Assembly: GCA_963751955.1 (NCBI GenBank)
Contig: CAVVWM010000003.1
Location: forward strand, 322,644 to 386,643
DNA: 64,000 bases
Direction: 5' to 3'
Source: an uncultured Acidimicrobiales bacterium
Lineage (GTDB): Bacteria > Actinomycetota > Acidimicrobiia > Acidimicrobiales > SZUA-35
Each line of letters begins with the position of its first letter. Within the stretch, counting starts at the first letter, position 1. The position numbers were made by a program, and so were the translations under genes. This document shows positions 47,502 through 56,273 of this stretch, piece after piece. The notes below the pieces were generated by a model. That model searched no databases. It saw only the letters and a program-made list of their open reading frames with translations, and was not told where the DNA came from.

Positions 47502-48371
47502 TCAGGCCACCGGTGGAAGCCCCATTGGGTTTTCGATCGGAATCAATCCCGAGTCATTTATCGCACGGGCGCATCGCTCGAGTGTCTCGGTGAGGCGAGC
47601 CAACTCTTGGGCCGTAGTTGAATCGAGCGGAGGATCAGCGAGGTTGTTGGTCAATCCTTCGACCCGAGCCCGGAGCGAGGTCCCTTCGGCAGTGAGTCGG
47701 CCATCGGCCAGGAGACCGCGCATCGTCAACTTCTCCTTGGCCGCCTCCCATTCGTCCTGCTCGAAACCTCGGGCCAGAACGAACATGTCCTCGGGCAGGC
47801 CTTGCTCGGTCAGTAGAAGGATGTGGGCCTCTGGCCCGCTGATCCCTTCGGCCGCGAGAGCGATCACGTGGCCATCGCCTCGGTGTTCTCGCAGGGTCGT
47901 GCACAGCTGCCATAGCCGCTCAACGGGTTCATCGGGAAGCTCAAGTGCGGCGTTTGCGGCGAAGAGTGGACGTCCCAGCCCATCACACGCGGAGACCATT
48001 TTCTCGAGGAGGGGTACCGCGTGTTCTGCAGTTTCGGTGATCCGATCATCAAGCTTCCTGAGCCCAGCGGCTGCACTGGTGCGACGTGCCAGCAGCAGTG
48101 AGTCAGGTGAGGCGAAGGACCACGCGTCGGGGATCGCTCGACGAACGCGCGATTCTGCGAAGTTGGCAAACGTCGCCTGCACTACCCCGGCAGAAACGGC
48201 GCCCATCGGGGCTGCCCGGAACCCGAAATACCCCATCCAGTAACCCTTGAGCCCGGCGTCCTTTGCGGCCTGAGCTGCTTCCGCAGCGAAGTAGGTCACG
48301 GCATGAATCGTTTCGTATCGCATCCAGAGGTGGCGCGCCCGGTGAGCAGTCATCGGGAACCACTTTGCCAT
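47502..48371 (-). CDS. Conserved actinobacterial hypothetical protein (SCO6745/SalK-like)
   Basis: RHLWMRYETIHAVTYFAAEA...GYWMGYFGFRAAPMG...LREHRGDGHV. The family name is from memory. Confidence 0.45.
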   Translation of the reverse strand: MAKWFPMTAHRARHLWMRYETIHAVTYFAAEAAQAAKDAGLKGYWMGYFGFRAAPMGAVSAGVVQATFANFAESRVRRAIPDAWSFASPDSLLLARRTSAAAGLRKLDDRITETAEHAVPLLEKMVSACDGLGRPLFAANAALELPDEPVERLWQLCTTLREHRGDGHVIALAAEGISGPEAHILLLTEQGLPEDMFVLARGFEQDEWEAAKEKLTMRGLLADGRLTAEGTSLRARVEGLTNNLADPPLDSTTAQELARLTETLERCARAINDSGLIPIENPMGLPPVA

Positions 48372-48421
48372 GGAGACCCACGCAGTTCTCCATTATCGAA
48401 CTCGTACTTCACCGGAGATAC

Positions 48422-49614
48422 ATGGCAACCGAAGTCACAACCGACTATCTGGTGGTTGGCAGCGGCGCAGTGGGGATGGCGTTTGCGGACATCCTCGTCA
48501 GCGAAACAGCCGCTGACATGATCATCGTCGAGTTCGCTACTACCCGATGTGCGACTATCACGGTGACGGCAACTTCGTCCACAAGCTCACGGGCGAGGAA
48601 TTTCACGTGGAGTCCGGAAAGACCGTGGACTGCACCTACCTCAACACCACGGTGCCCTCCACGCATACACCGAACTTCGAAGTAGCCGAGGGCGTTGACT
48701 TCATGCCACTGAACGACCTGCCAAACCTCGTGGCAGCGGCGGACCGGTATGTCATTGTCGGAGGGGGCAAAACCGGAATCGATGCGATCCTGTGGTTGCT
48801 CGAACAGGGAACCACCCAGACATGATCACCTGGATCAACTCTCGCGACGCTTGGCTGCTCAATCGGCGCAACACTCAACCAAGCGCAGAGTTCTTTGAGG
48901 ACACCATCGGCGCCCAAGCCAACCAGTTCGAAGCGATCGTCAACGCAAGTTCGGCGCAGGACATGTTTCGACGGCTGGAAGCGTGCGGCTACTTCCTTCG
49001 TGTCGACCCTGACGTATGGCCCACGATGTTTCACGGAGCCACGATCAGCGAACTCGAATTGGCCGAACTGCGTCGACTCGACGACATTGTTCGACTCGGC
49101 CGAGTACAGAGGCGATAGAGGATTGGACGCGACAACGTCATTCTTGACAAGGGCACGATTGCATCGACACGCTGGAACACTGTCCGTCGACTGCTCGGCC
49201 AGCGCGATCACCAACCTGGAGATGAAGCCGATCTTTCAAGGTGATCTGATCACACCGCAAACGGTCCGCTCATACCAGCCAGTTTTCAGTGCCGCGTTTG
49301 TCGCCCATGTGGAGGCCACGTATGAGACCGAAGAAGAGAAGAACCATCTGTGCGCCGTGGTTCCACTGCCCAACTCCAACCTCGACTACATGAAGCTGAC
49401 ACTGGCGTTCATGACCAACCAGTACAACTGGGGGCAGGATCCCGAGATCCGCGCCTGGCTGCTCGACAATAGGCTCGACGGGTTCTCAAAGATGGTTAGC
49501 GATATCGACGAGAACGATGAGGCCAAACGGGCGATTCTCCGCAAGCTGCGGGACAACTCGATGCCCGCCGCGATACGCCTGACCGAGTTGATCGCCGAAA
49601 CCGAAGCGGCGTGA
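48422..49614 (+). pseudogene. FAD/NAD(P)-binding oxidoreductase, decayed (internal deletion, frameshifts, probable in-frame TAG)
   Basis: The N-terminus MATEVTTDYLVVGSGAVGMAFADILVSETAADMIIV stops making sense at about 48530. Homologous text resumes in another frame as RVRYYPMCDYHGDGNF...YVIVGGGKTGIDAILWLLEQG (48547 ORF). It shifts again to HPDMITWINSRDAWLLNRRNTQP (48792 ORF), which ends at TAG 49116-49118. The last part, LSVDCSA...QPVFSAAFVAHVEATYE..., is in the 48895 ORF frame. Confidence 0.8.
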
Positions 49615-49878
49615 GGCAACTCAAAACGCCTCGGAGCAATCTCCAGCCCGCACAAGGAAATCCTCGACAGCCTGTGCGACATCCGAATCCCGCTGAGCAT
49701 GACACGCTCCGACGCAGAGACCATTGCCGCAATCGTCATTGGATCCCTCGACCAAGAAGCGCCAGGACCCTTTTCAGTCGACAGTTAGACCGAACCTCGT
49801 GTAAGTTAGAGCCACTAACTGAGGCTATGTCACATGCCGTATTCAACCTCAGCCCTCAACGCCGTGGAGGTGTATGCC

Positions 49879-51264
49879 ATGACCCTGATCGAGAACGCAG
49901 AGACAGCTCAACAAAGGGAACAGAAGGCCGAGGCGCAAGCGCACCTCCTTCCCCATTTCACCAAAGGTGCGGCATGGCAGCACAAGAGCCTCGGTGTCAT
50001 CGAACGCGGGCAGGGCTGCTACGTGTACGACACCCACGGACGCGAATATCTCGATGGACTTGCCGGATTGTTCTGCACCAACCTGGGCCACGGGCGGGTG
50101 GATCTGGTTAAGGCCGCAACCGAACAGATGAACAAGCTGGCGTTCTTCCCTACGTGGGGTTGGGCCAATCCCCCCGCCATCGAAGCTGCGTCGATGATCG
50201 CTGAGGAAGCTCCAGGTGACCTGGGTGAGGTCTTCTTCGTGAACTCCGGCTCCGAAGCTGTGGAGTCAGCGGTCAAGTTTGCCCGGAGCTACCACCTCAG
50301 CCGTGGCGAGGAGAGCCGCTACAAGGTCATTTCAAGGGAATGGTCCTACCACGGAACAACTCTTGGCGGGCTGTCGATCACTGGTGTACCCAAGTTCAGG
50401 GAGCCGTTCAAGCCAATGCTCTGGGACGGAACCCGCCATGTGCGCAACACCTACGGTGACACCGCCGAAGAATTGGCATCAGCCAAGGCCTTCGAAGACA
50501 TGATCCTTGCCGAGGGCCCCGAGACCGTCTCGGCGATCATCTGTGAACCGGTTCAGAACGGACGCGGTGGTCTCGTTCCACCCGAGGGCTACTGGCCCGA
50601 GTTGCGGCGCATCGCCGACAAGTACGGCGTTCTCCTAATTGCCGATGAGGTCATTTGCGCCTTCGGCCGATTCGGTCACTTTTTCGCCTCGGAGCGTTTC
50701 GGCGTCGTCCCCGACATCATCACTTTTGCCAAGGGCGTCACCAGTGCCTATCAGCCCTTGGGTGGGATGGTTGTCCGTACGCCCCTCGTGCACAGCATCT
50801 GGGAGTCGCCGACAGGTGCGTATATGCATGGAGCCACCTTCGGCGGGCATCCGGTCGCAACGGCGGTCGCCGTCGCAAACATCTCGGCCATGCGGAGCGA
50901 AGGCATCATGGACCACGTACTCGACAACGAGGGCGGCTTCCGCCGGCGGATGGATGCGTTGCTAGCCGATCATCGTTGTCTCAGCGAGGTTCGAGGCCTT
51001 GGATACTTCTACGCGCTCGAACTTGTCGCCGATTCTGAAACGGGAACCGCGCTCTCGGACACCCAGCGAGCCGTGCTCCAGGGCGGTGGGCTCAACGGGA
51101 TGCTGCGCGATGCCGGTCTCCTGATCCGCCCCGACGACCGGGGTGCCACGATGCTGGTCATCTCGCCACCGTTGATTGCTGATCACACGGTGCTGGACGA
51201 CATTCAGGACCGCCTGAATGTTGTTCTGACCCAAATCGAGGAATGGCTGAGCAAGCACAGCTGA
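49879..51264 (+). CDS. Class-III (omega) aminotransferase, candidate taurine/amine:pyruvate aminotransferase
   Basis: GSEAVESAVKFAR, ADEVICAFGRFGHFFA and the PLP-Lys region TFAKGVTSAYQPLG. I prefer ATG 49879 (GGAGG 8 nt upstream) over the track start at 49834. Confidence 0.8.
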   Translation: MTLIENAETAQQREQKAEAQAHLLPHFTKGAAWQHKSLGVIERGQGCYVYDTHGREYLDGLAGLFCTNLGHGRVDLVKAATEQMNKLAFFPTWGWANPPAIEAASMIAEEAPGDLGEVFFVNSGSEAVESAVKFARSYHLSRGEESRYKVISREWSYHGTTLGGLSITGVPKFREPFKPMLWDGTRHVRNTYGDTAEELASAKAFEDMILAEGPETVSAIICEPVQNGRGGLVPPEGYWPELRRIADKYGVLLIADEVICAFGRFGHFFASERFGVVPDIITFAKGVTSAYQPLGGMVVRTPLVHSIWESPTGAYMHGATFGGHPVATAVAVANISAMRSEGIMDHVLDNEGGFRRRMDALLADHRCLSEVRGLGYFYALELVADSETGTALSDTQRAVLQGGGLNGMLRDAGLLIRPDDRGATMLVISPPLIADHTVLDDIQDRLNVVLTQIEEWLSKHS

Positions 51265-51525
51265 CCACAGCGGCTCTGCCGCTTCAACCAACACGCGACG
51301 GTTCAGCTCGAATCCAGCCAAGATCGCGCTCTCCACTTCGGCCACCAAGTGATAGTTCGGATCGACTGCGGGAATGTGGGCGGTCAACGCGTCCAGCGAG
51401 TCGCTCTCAAATTCACATAGATCAAAGTTGACTCACTGTTGCCTCAGATCGATCGATGGAAGCAGGCACTTGCATGCAGGCAATCGAGAGCCACCGAACC
51501 TGTGTGGAACGCCCCGGCTGGAGGC

Positions 51526-51561
51526 CTAGACATAGTCTTTGTACTAGACATAGTCTTTGTA
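51526..51561. repeat. Perfect 18-bp tandem duplication spanning the xsc stop codon
   Basis: ctagacatagtctttgta at 51526-51543 and again at 51544-51561. The second copy is the last five codons plus the stop of xsc (YKDYV*). Confidence 0.95.
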
Positions 51562-53310
51562 CTTGTCGAGGTGGCGAACCGGCTTGGAAAGGGCGTCCTT
51601 ACGGAACGGGTCACCGAGCTCCTGCGTACACATGATCTCGATGACGGTGGTCTTGCCTTGGTTCATCTGAGCATTGATGGCATCGGTCAGGGCGGCACCG
51701 ACGTTGTCGATTTCGTCGACTCGGATTCCTTCGGCACCCATGGCCTTGGCCATCTCGGCGTAGTTCTCGCCACCGTCCAGCTCACCTGCCACAAAACGAC
51801 GCCCGTAGAAGTCCACTTGGTTCTTCTTCTCAGCACCCCACTGACGGTTGTGGAACACGACGGCAGTGATGGGGATGTTGTGCCGAACTGCGGTCATGAT
51901 CTCCACCATGCTCATCGCCCACGCTCCATCTCCGGCGTAGGAAACCGAAGGACGATCCATGGCGGCAGCCTTTGCTCCGATGGCACAGGGCAGCGCATAC
52001 CCACAGTTGCCCCAACTCATGGCTGCAAAGAAGCTGCGCGGCTCCTCGAACCGCAGGTAACTGTTCGAAACCGAGTTGATATTGCCAATGTCGGTGCTCA
52101 CCATGACTCGTCGGGGCATGGCTTTCTCGAGCTCGCGTAGTACCTGCCGTGGGTGCAGCCAGTCACCGGGCATCTCCTCAGCCTCGGCAATGGCCTCGAG
52201 GGAGAAGTCGTCCTTCTCGTGGATCCAGGAATCCAGTTCGGCCTCCCACGAATCCTTCTCGGCGTGCATGGCTGCCATACGTTCATCAGCGTTGGCGTCA
52301 CACGTCAGCGTCCGATCCTGGAGTCGGTCGAGTAGCGCCTGAGCGGTCTGGGCGGCGTCACCGTTGATCCCAACACTGATCTTTTTGACGAGCCCCAACA
52401 TCTTGTGATCGGCGTCGACCTGAATGATCTTGGCGTCCTTGGGCCAGTAGTCCATGTCGTGCTGAGGCAGTGTGCCGAAGGGGCCGAGACGGGTTCCCAA
52501 CGCCAGAACAACGTCCGCCTTGTTGATCAGCTTCATCGCCGCTTTGGAACCTTGATATCCCAAAGGCCCAGTCCATTGAGGATGAGATGCTGGGAAGCTG
52601 TCGTTGTGAAGATAGGTGTTTGCCACGGGGCACTTCAGCCGCTCTGCCAAGGCGATCGTCTCGGCCATCGCATCACCCATCACCACGCCACCCCCGCTGA
52701 GCAGCACGGGGAACTCGGCGTTGGCCAGCAAATCGGCGGCCTCATCAAGACTCTTGGAACCACCCGGCCCCCGGTCGACACGCATGGGGGTCGGGATCTC
52801 CACGTCGATGTCACCGTAGAAGCGGTCGCGAGGGATATTCAGCTGGGTGGGACCCATTTCGCTGACAGCCCGGTCGAAGCAACGAGCGGTGAGTTCCGCC
52901 ATACGATTCTCATTGTCGACCTGCCCCTGATACTTGGTGAACTCTTCGAACATCGGAAGCTGGTTCGCTTCTTGAAATCCCCCCAAACCGATGCCGCCCG
53001 AGCCGGTTTGTGGGGTCACGACGACCACCGGTGAGTGGGCCCAGAATGCAGCTGCGATGGCCGTGACGCAGTTGGAAATACCGGGACCGTTTTGCCCGAT
53101 CACAACGCCGTGACGTCCCGATACCCGCGCATAGCCGTCGGCCATGTGCGCCGCACCCTGTTCGTGAACGACTGGGATCAACCTGATTCCCGCTGGGGCG
53201 AAGATGTCCATCGCATCCATGAACGCACTGCCCATGATTCCGAACATGTCGGTCACGCCGTTGGCAACGAGGGTCTCTACGAACGCTTCACTGGGGCTCA
53301 TGCGGGTCAT
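51544..53310 (-). CDS. xsc: Sulfoacetaldehyde acetyltransferase (ThDP-dependent)
   Basis: MSPSEAFVETLVANGVTDMFGIMGSAFMDAMDIF..AGIR...HEQGAAHMADGYARVSGRHGVVIGQNGPGISN...GGFQEANQLPMFEEFTKYQGQV...GPTQLNIPRD is nearly colinear with Xsc sequences as I remember them. A ThDP motif is present (GDGAW...N). 588 aa. Confidence 0.8.
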   Translation of the reverse strand: MTRMSPSEAFVETLVANGVTDMFGIMGSAFMDAMDIFAPAGIRLIPVVHEQGAAHMADGYARVSGRHGVVIGQNGPGISNCVTAIAAAFWAHSPVVVVTPQTGSGGIGLGGFQEANQLPMFEEFTKYQGQVDNENRMAELTARCFDRAVSEMGPTQLNIPRDRFYGDIDVEIPTPMRVDRGPGGSKSLDEAADLLANAEFPVLLSGGGVVMGDAMAETIALAERLKCPVANTYLHNDSFPASHPQWTGPLGYQGSKAAMKLINKADVVLALGTRLGPFGTLPQHDMDYWPKDAKIIQVDADHKMLGLVKKISVGINGDAAQTAQALLDRLQDRTLTCDANADERMAAMHAEKDSWEAELDSWIHEKDDFSLEAIAEAEEMPGDWLHPRQVLRELEKAMPRRVMVSTDIGNINSVSNSYLRFEEPRSFFAAMSWGNCGYALPCAIGAKAAAMDRPSVSYAGDGAWAMSMVEIMTAVRHNIPITAVVFHNRQWGAEKKNQVDFYGRRFVAGELDGGENYAEMAKAMGAEGIRVDEIDNVGAALTDAINAQMNQGKTTVIEIMCTQELGDPFRKDALSKPVRHLDKYKDYV

Positions 53311-53384
53311 GGGTTAGAGGCTATAACCGCTGACGCGGGCCGTCGAGCCGAACTGCCCAAAAGGCAATCCATGGCCCTCCCCAC

Positions 53385-53945
53385 CTACAGGCTCGAAATC
53401 CCGACGCACAACAGCTCAATCAGATGATCGAAGGTGTCGTCGAGGTCCTGTTCGAGCGGGTGCCCGTCGCCAGCTTCGAGGTGCGAGAAACCATGAAATG
53501 CACTTCGCAAGGTGCGTGCGACATGTACCCGGTCGTCGGCTGAGAGATCGAAGGCGATGAGTGCCTGACTGAGTACGCCGACGATCCTGTTCACTGCCGC
53601 CTCCAACTCGTCGTCCCCGGCGCAGGGATATCGATCGGTCGCGGCGTAGAGACCCGGCAGATCTTTCACGGTTTGACGCCAAGCCAAACCCATTGCCCGC
53701 ACGGCCTCATTGCCAGACACGCCCACGGCCGCATCGGCTAGACGCCCGAAAAGTTCATCGCGACCCCTCAGCCCGAGTAGGCGGATGAGGTCGTCGTAAC
53801 TGTCAACATGGCGATAGAGCGCTGGCTGGCTCGCACTGAGTTCTTTGGCAACCCGGGTCAGCGTTATCGAATCAAGGCCTTCGGCGTTGGCGATTCGCGC
53901 CGCCGTGTCCACCACGATGTCTGTTGTAATTGCCTCACGCGCCAT
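53385..53945 (-). CDS. TetR-family transcriptional regulator
   Basis: HTH AARIANAEGLDSITLTRVAKELSASQPALYRHV. The start is probably MAREA (53945) rather than 54005. Confidence 0.85.
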   Translation of the reverse strand: MAREAITTDIVVDTAARIANAEGLDSITLTRVAKELSASQPALYRHVDSYDDLIRLLGLRGRDELFGRLADAAVGVSGNEAVRAMGLAWRQTVKDLPGLYAATDRYPCAGDDELEAAVNRIVGVLSQALIAFDLSADDRVHVARTLRSAFHGFSHLEAGDGHPLEQDLDDTFDHLIELLCVGISSL

Positions 53946-54165
53946 TTCTCCCAAGCGTAACTTCTCGCCATGAGCGACACGCTTTCTGGGGCCAAGTACT
54001 CCCACGGCCTACACCAATGGACGACGCTTCTGCGCAACAGTACGCACACCCAGTGCACGGTTGTCCGTTTCCTTTGTCAACCCGTGGTGCTCAACTAAGG
54101 GTCGAGAGACCCACGAGAACTCGAACCAAGTCATTCGAGCTTAGGGAATCACGACGCACGCTCAT

Positions 54166-54208
54166 CGGCGGTGTCGGGTCGTTTGGCGGAACGGCTGCGA
54201 CACCGCCG
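54166..54208 (-). terminator. GC-rich hairpin downstream of the Crp-family gene (candidate terminator, no U-tract)
   Basis: 11-bp perfect inverted repeat cggcggtgtcg / cgacaccgccg with a 21-nt loop, read directly. Confidence 0.25.
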
Positions 54209-54231
54209 GAGCACAATGTCAGTTCATAACG

Positions 54232-54308
54232 TCAGGGTCAGTTGCGAAGCCTCAGGTCAGTTTCAAAGCGTCAGGTCAGTTTCAAAGCGTCAGGTCAGTT
54301 GCGAAGCG
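54232..54308. repeat. Tandem 19/20-nt repeat array (4 full units, degenerate units on both sides)
   Basis: Unit 1 tcagggtcagttgcgaagcc at 54232. Units 2 and 3 tcaggtcagtttcaaagcg at 54252 and 54271. Unit 4 tcaggtcagttgcgaagcg at 54290. The last unit contains the stop codon of the Crp-family gene. Weaker copies extend to about 54218 and about 54337. Confidence 0.9.
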
Positions 54309-54948
54309 TCAGCTTCCGAAGCTCGTCAGGTCGATTGATTACGACGGATTTTCGTCCGGTCGTGATGATGCCACTCTCCCGTAGCTCACCGAGCGCGTTT
54401 GTGGTTCCCTCCCTCGACAGCCCTGCCCACTGACCGAGCTCAACCTGAGTGATCGGCATTCGCAACCGCACGCCCGGGGTTGGCTCCTCACCGCTGCGGA
54501 TCAAGAGCTCCATCAGGCGATCAGCGATACGTTCGGTGCTGTTCCGGTTTGCGACGTCGACAAACTGATCTGTGAGCTGACGCATCCTTGTGATCACGCG
54601 ACCCAAGATGGCGATGACGAACTCAGGTTTGTTCGCCAAAACCTCACGAAACTGGGAAGCGGGAATCGTTCGAATTCGGCTTGCTTCGATGGTCACAGCA
54701 GTGGCACTGCGAGAAGCGCCGTCGATAACACCCAACTCACCCACAACCCCGTCAGTTGCGACCAGGTCAAGGAGTGCTGTTCTGCCGCCGGCGCTGGTGC
54801 GCTCTATCCGTAGGAGACCGGATTCGACCAGCAAGACCGAGTGGGAGTCGTCACCCTCGAAGAACAGATAACTTCCGCTGGGATACTTGCGAACGCTTCC
54901 CAGACCTCGCAGCGTCGTGAGAATCGGATCCGGTCCACGCATGAACAT
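54295..54948 (-). CDS. Crp/Fnr-family transcriptional regulator
   Basis: cNMP-binding beta-roll FFEGDDSHSVLLVESGLLRI...GELGVIDGASRSATA. C-terminal HTH TQVELGQWAGLSREGTTNALGELRESGII. Confidence 0.85.
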   Translation of the reverse strand: MFMRGPDPILTTLRGLGSVRKYPSGSYLFFEGDDSHSVLLVESGLLRIERTSAGGRTALLDLVATDGVVGELGVIDGASRSATAVTIEASRIRTIPASQFREVLANKPEFVIAILGRVITRMRQLTDQFVDVANRNSTERIADRLMELLIRSGEEPTPGVRLRMPITQVELGQWAGLSREGTTNALGELRESGIITTGRKSVVINRPDELRKLTLRN

Positions 54949-55023
54949 TCAAGCTACAGGTTCGTGCATCTCCACGGTGGCAGGGCTCGGTGCACCCCCT
55001 TTGGCGAGCGTTGCGACTCTTAC

Positions 55024-56202
55024 TCAGACAAGGGCAGCCAATTGCTGATCGGCTCTGATACGGGTTCGAAGATACACCGCCACGCCAGCACCGGCTGCGA
55101 GGCCGCAAGCGCAGAAGATCCACAGCGGGCGATAGCCGCCGTAGTCGACGATCAGGCTGCCGACGACCGGTCCTGAGCCAGCCCCAACGAACACGCCGAT
55201 CTGGGTTAATCCGGTGGCAGCAGCCGGAGCGGAGGGGTTGTTCCTGATCACTGACAGGTTGAACAGGCCTGGCCATGCCCACCCTGCGGCGAAAGCCGGC
55301 ACCACAGCGATCGCATACGTCAGCGGGGACGTGGTCGACATCAGCAGCAGGCCGGCTGCGCCGATCCCGAGCAGCCACACGAGCCTCTGGATGGGTAGGA
55401 CCCCCCTCGTGTCAGCGGACCACCCTTGGTAGAGCCGGCTCATTATCCCCGCCGCCGATCCAAGAGAGAGCAGCCAGCCGGCCAGCCCTTCCCCTATTCC
55501 GGCGTCGGTTGCGCCTGAGGTCAGCAAGCTCACCATTGCGCCGGCGGTAGTCGCTCCGAGAAAACCGACGCCTGCGTACAGCGCGAGAAGTCGAGTTGGC
55601 ATATCAGGCCGCGCATCATTGGATCGCGCTGCTGCCAACTTCATGTTGTCGGCCTCCCCCATGGGTTGAAGAGCGATCGCCATCAACGTGACCATCGCTC
55701 CCGCCACATACGCCCAACGCCAGCCAGCTGTCAGGGCAATCGCCGGAACCGCAGCTCCACCCAGCAGGGCTGAACCCGGCATGCCGCTCTGTTTGACCGC
55801 CAGGGCCAGCCCGAGCCGTGCTTTGTGAACACGGTTGGCCAGAAGGAGATTGGCGGCGGGTTGATTCAGTGCGTTGACAAATCCAGAGAAGCCGATGAGG
55901 AGGAAGAAATGCCACGGCCGCTGCGCAAGACCTGCGATTGCAAACATTGCAAATGCGGTGCCGGTCAACCCAAAACGAAGGGAGCGACCAGGGCCAAGAA
56001 TCTGAGCGAGCCGACCCATTGGAGCCGACGCGAAACCGGCAACGGCAAACGCCAGTCCAATGAACAACCCGACCATGGTTATGGAGTAGTCAAGATCGGC
56101 TCGTATCTGAACTGACAGTGCCCCGGTGAGAAAAGCGGGAAGTGCACTGCACATTGTTCCGAGACTCGCAGCTGCCCAGACCCGAACCTGCGGCGCCGCC
56201 AT
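55024..56202 (-). CDS. MFS transporter
   Basis: 392 aa with 12 hydrophobic helices. Same strand as the Crp, TetR and xsc genes. Confidence 0.75.
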   Translation of the reverse strand: MAAPQVRVWAAASLGTMCSALPAFLTGALSVQIRADLDYSITMVGLFIGLAFAVAGFASAPMGRLAQILGPGRSLRFGLTGTAFAMFAIAGLAQRPWHFFLLIGFSGFVNALNQPAANLLLANRVHKARLGLALAVKQSGMPGSALLGGAAVPAIALTAGWRWAYVAGAMVTLMAIALQPMGEADNMKLAAARSNDARPDMPTRLLALYAGVGFLGATTAGAMVSLLTSGATDAGIGEGLAGWLLSLGSAAGIMSRLYQGWSADTRGVLPIQRLVWLLGIGAAGLLLMSTTSPLTYAIAVVPAFAAGWAWPGLFNLSVIRNNPSAPAAATGLTQIGVFVGAGSGPVVGSLIVDYGGYRPLWIFCACGLAAGAGVAVYLRTRIRADQQLAALV

Positions 56203-56273
56203 TTCGGCGGTTGGAGTCGCTTCGATCTGTTCAGTTTAGGACTCGCCCGTCACGCCTCGTAGTGTTTGCAAAC

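Noticed and set aside
50962-51387. A 141-codon minus-strand ORF (TTG start) in the tpa-xsc gap as a real gene
   Set aside because: Two thirds of it is antisense to the aminotransferase 3' end. Only the first 40 or so codons (…EFESDSLDALTAHIPAVDPNYHLVAEVESAILAGFEL…) lie in the gap and look protein-like. At most it is a gene remnant, and I could not assign a family.
54218-54337. The 19-nt repeat array as a CRISPR array
   Set aside because: The units are contiguous with no spacers, are only 19 nt long, overlap a coding 3' end, and there are no cas genes in the window.
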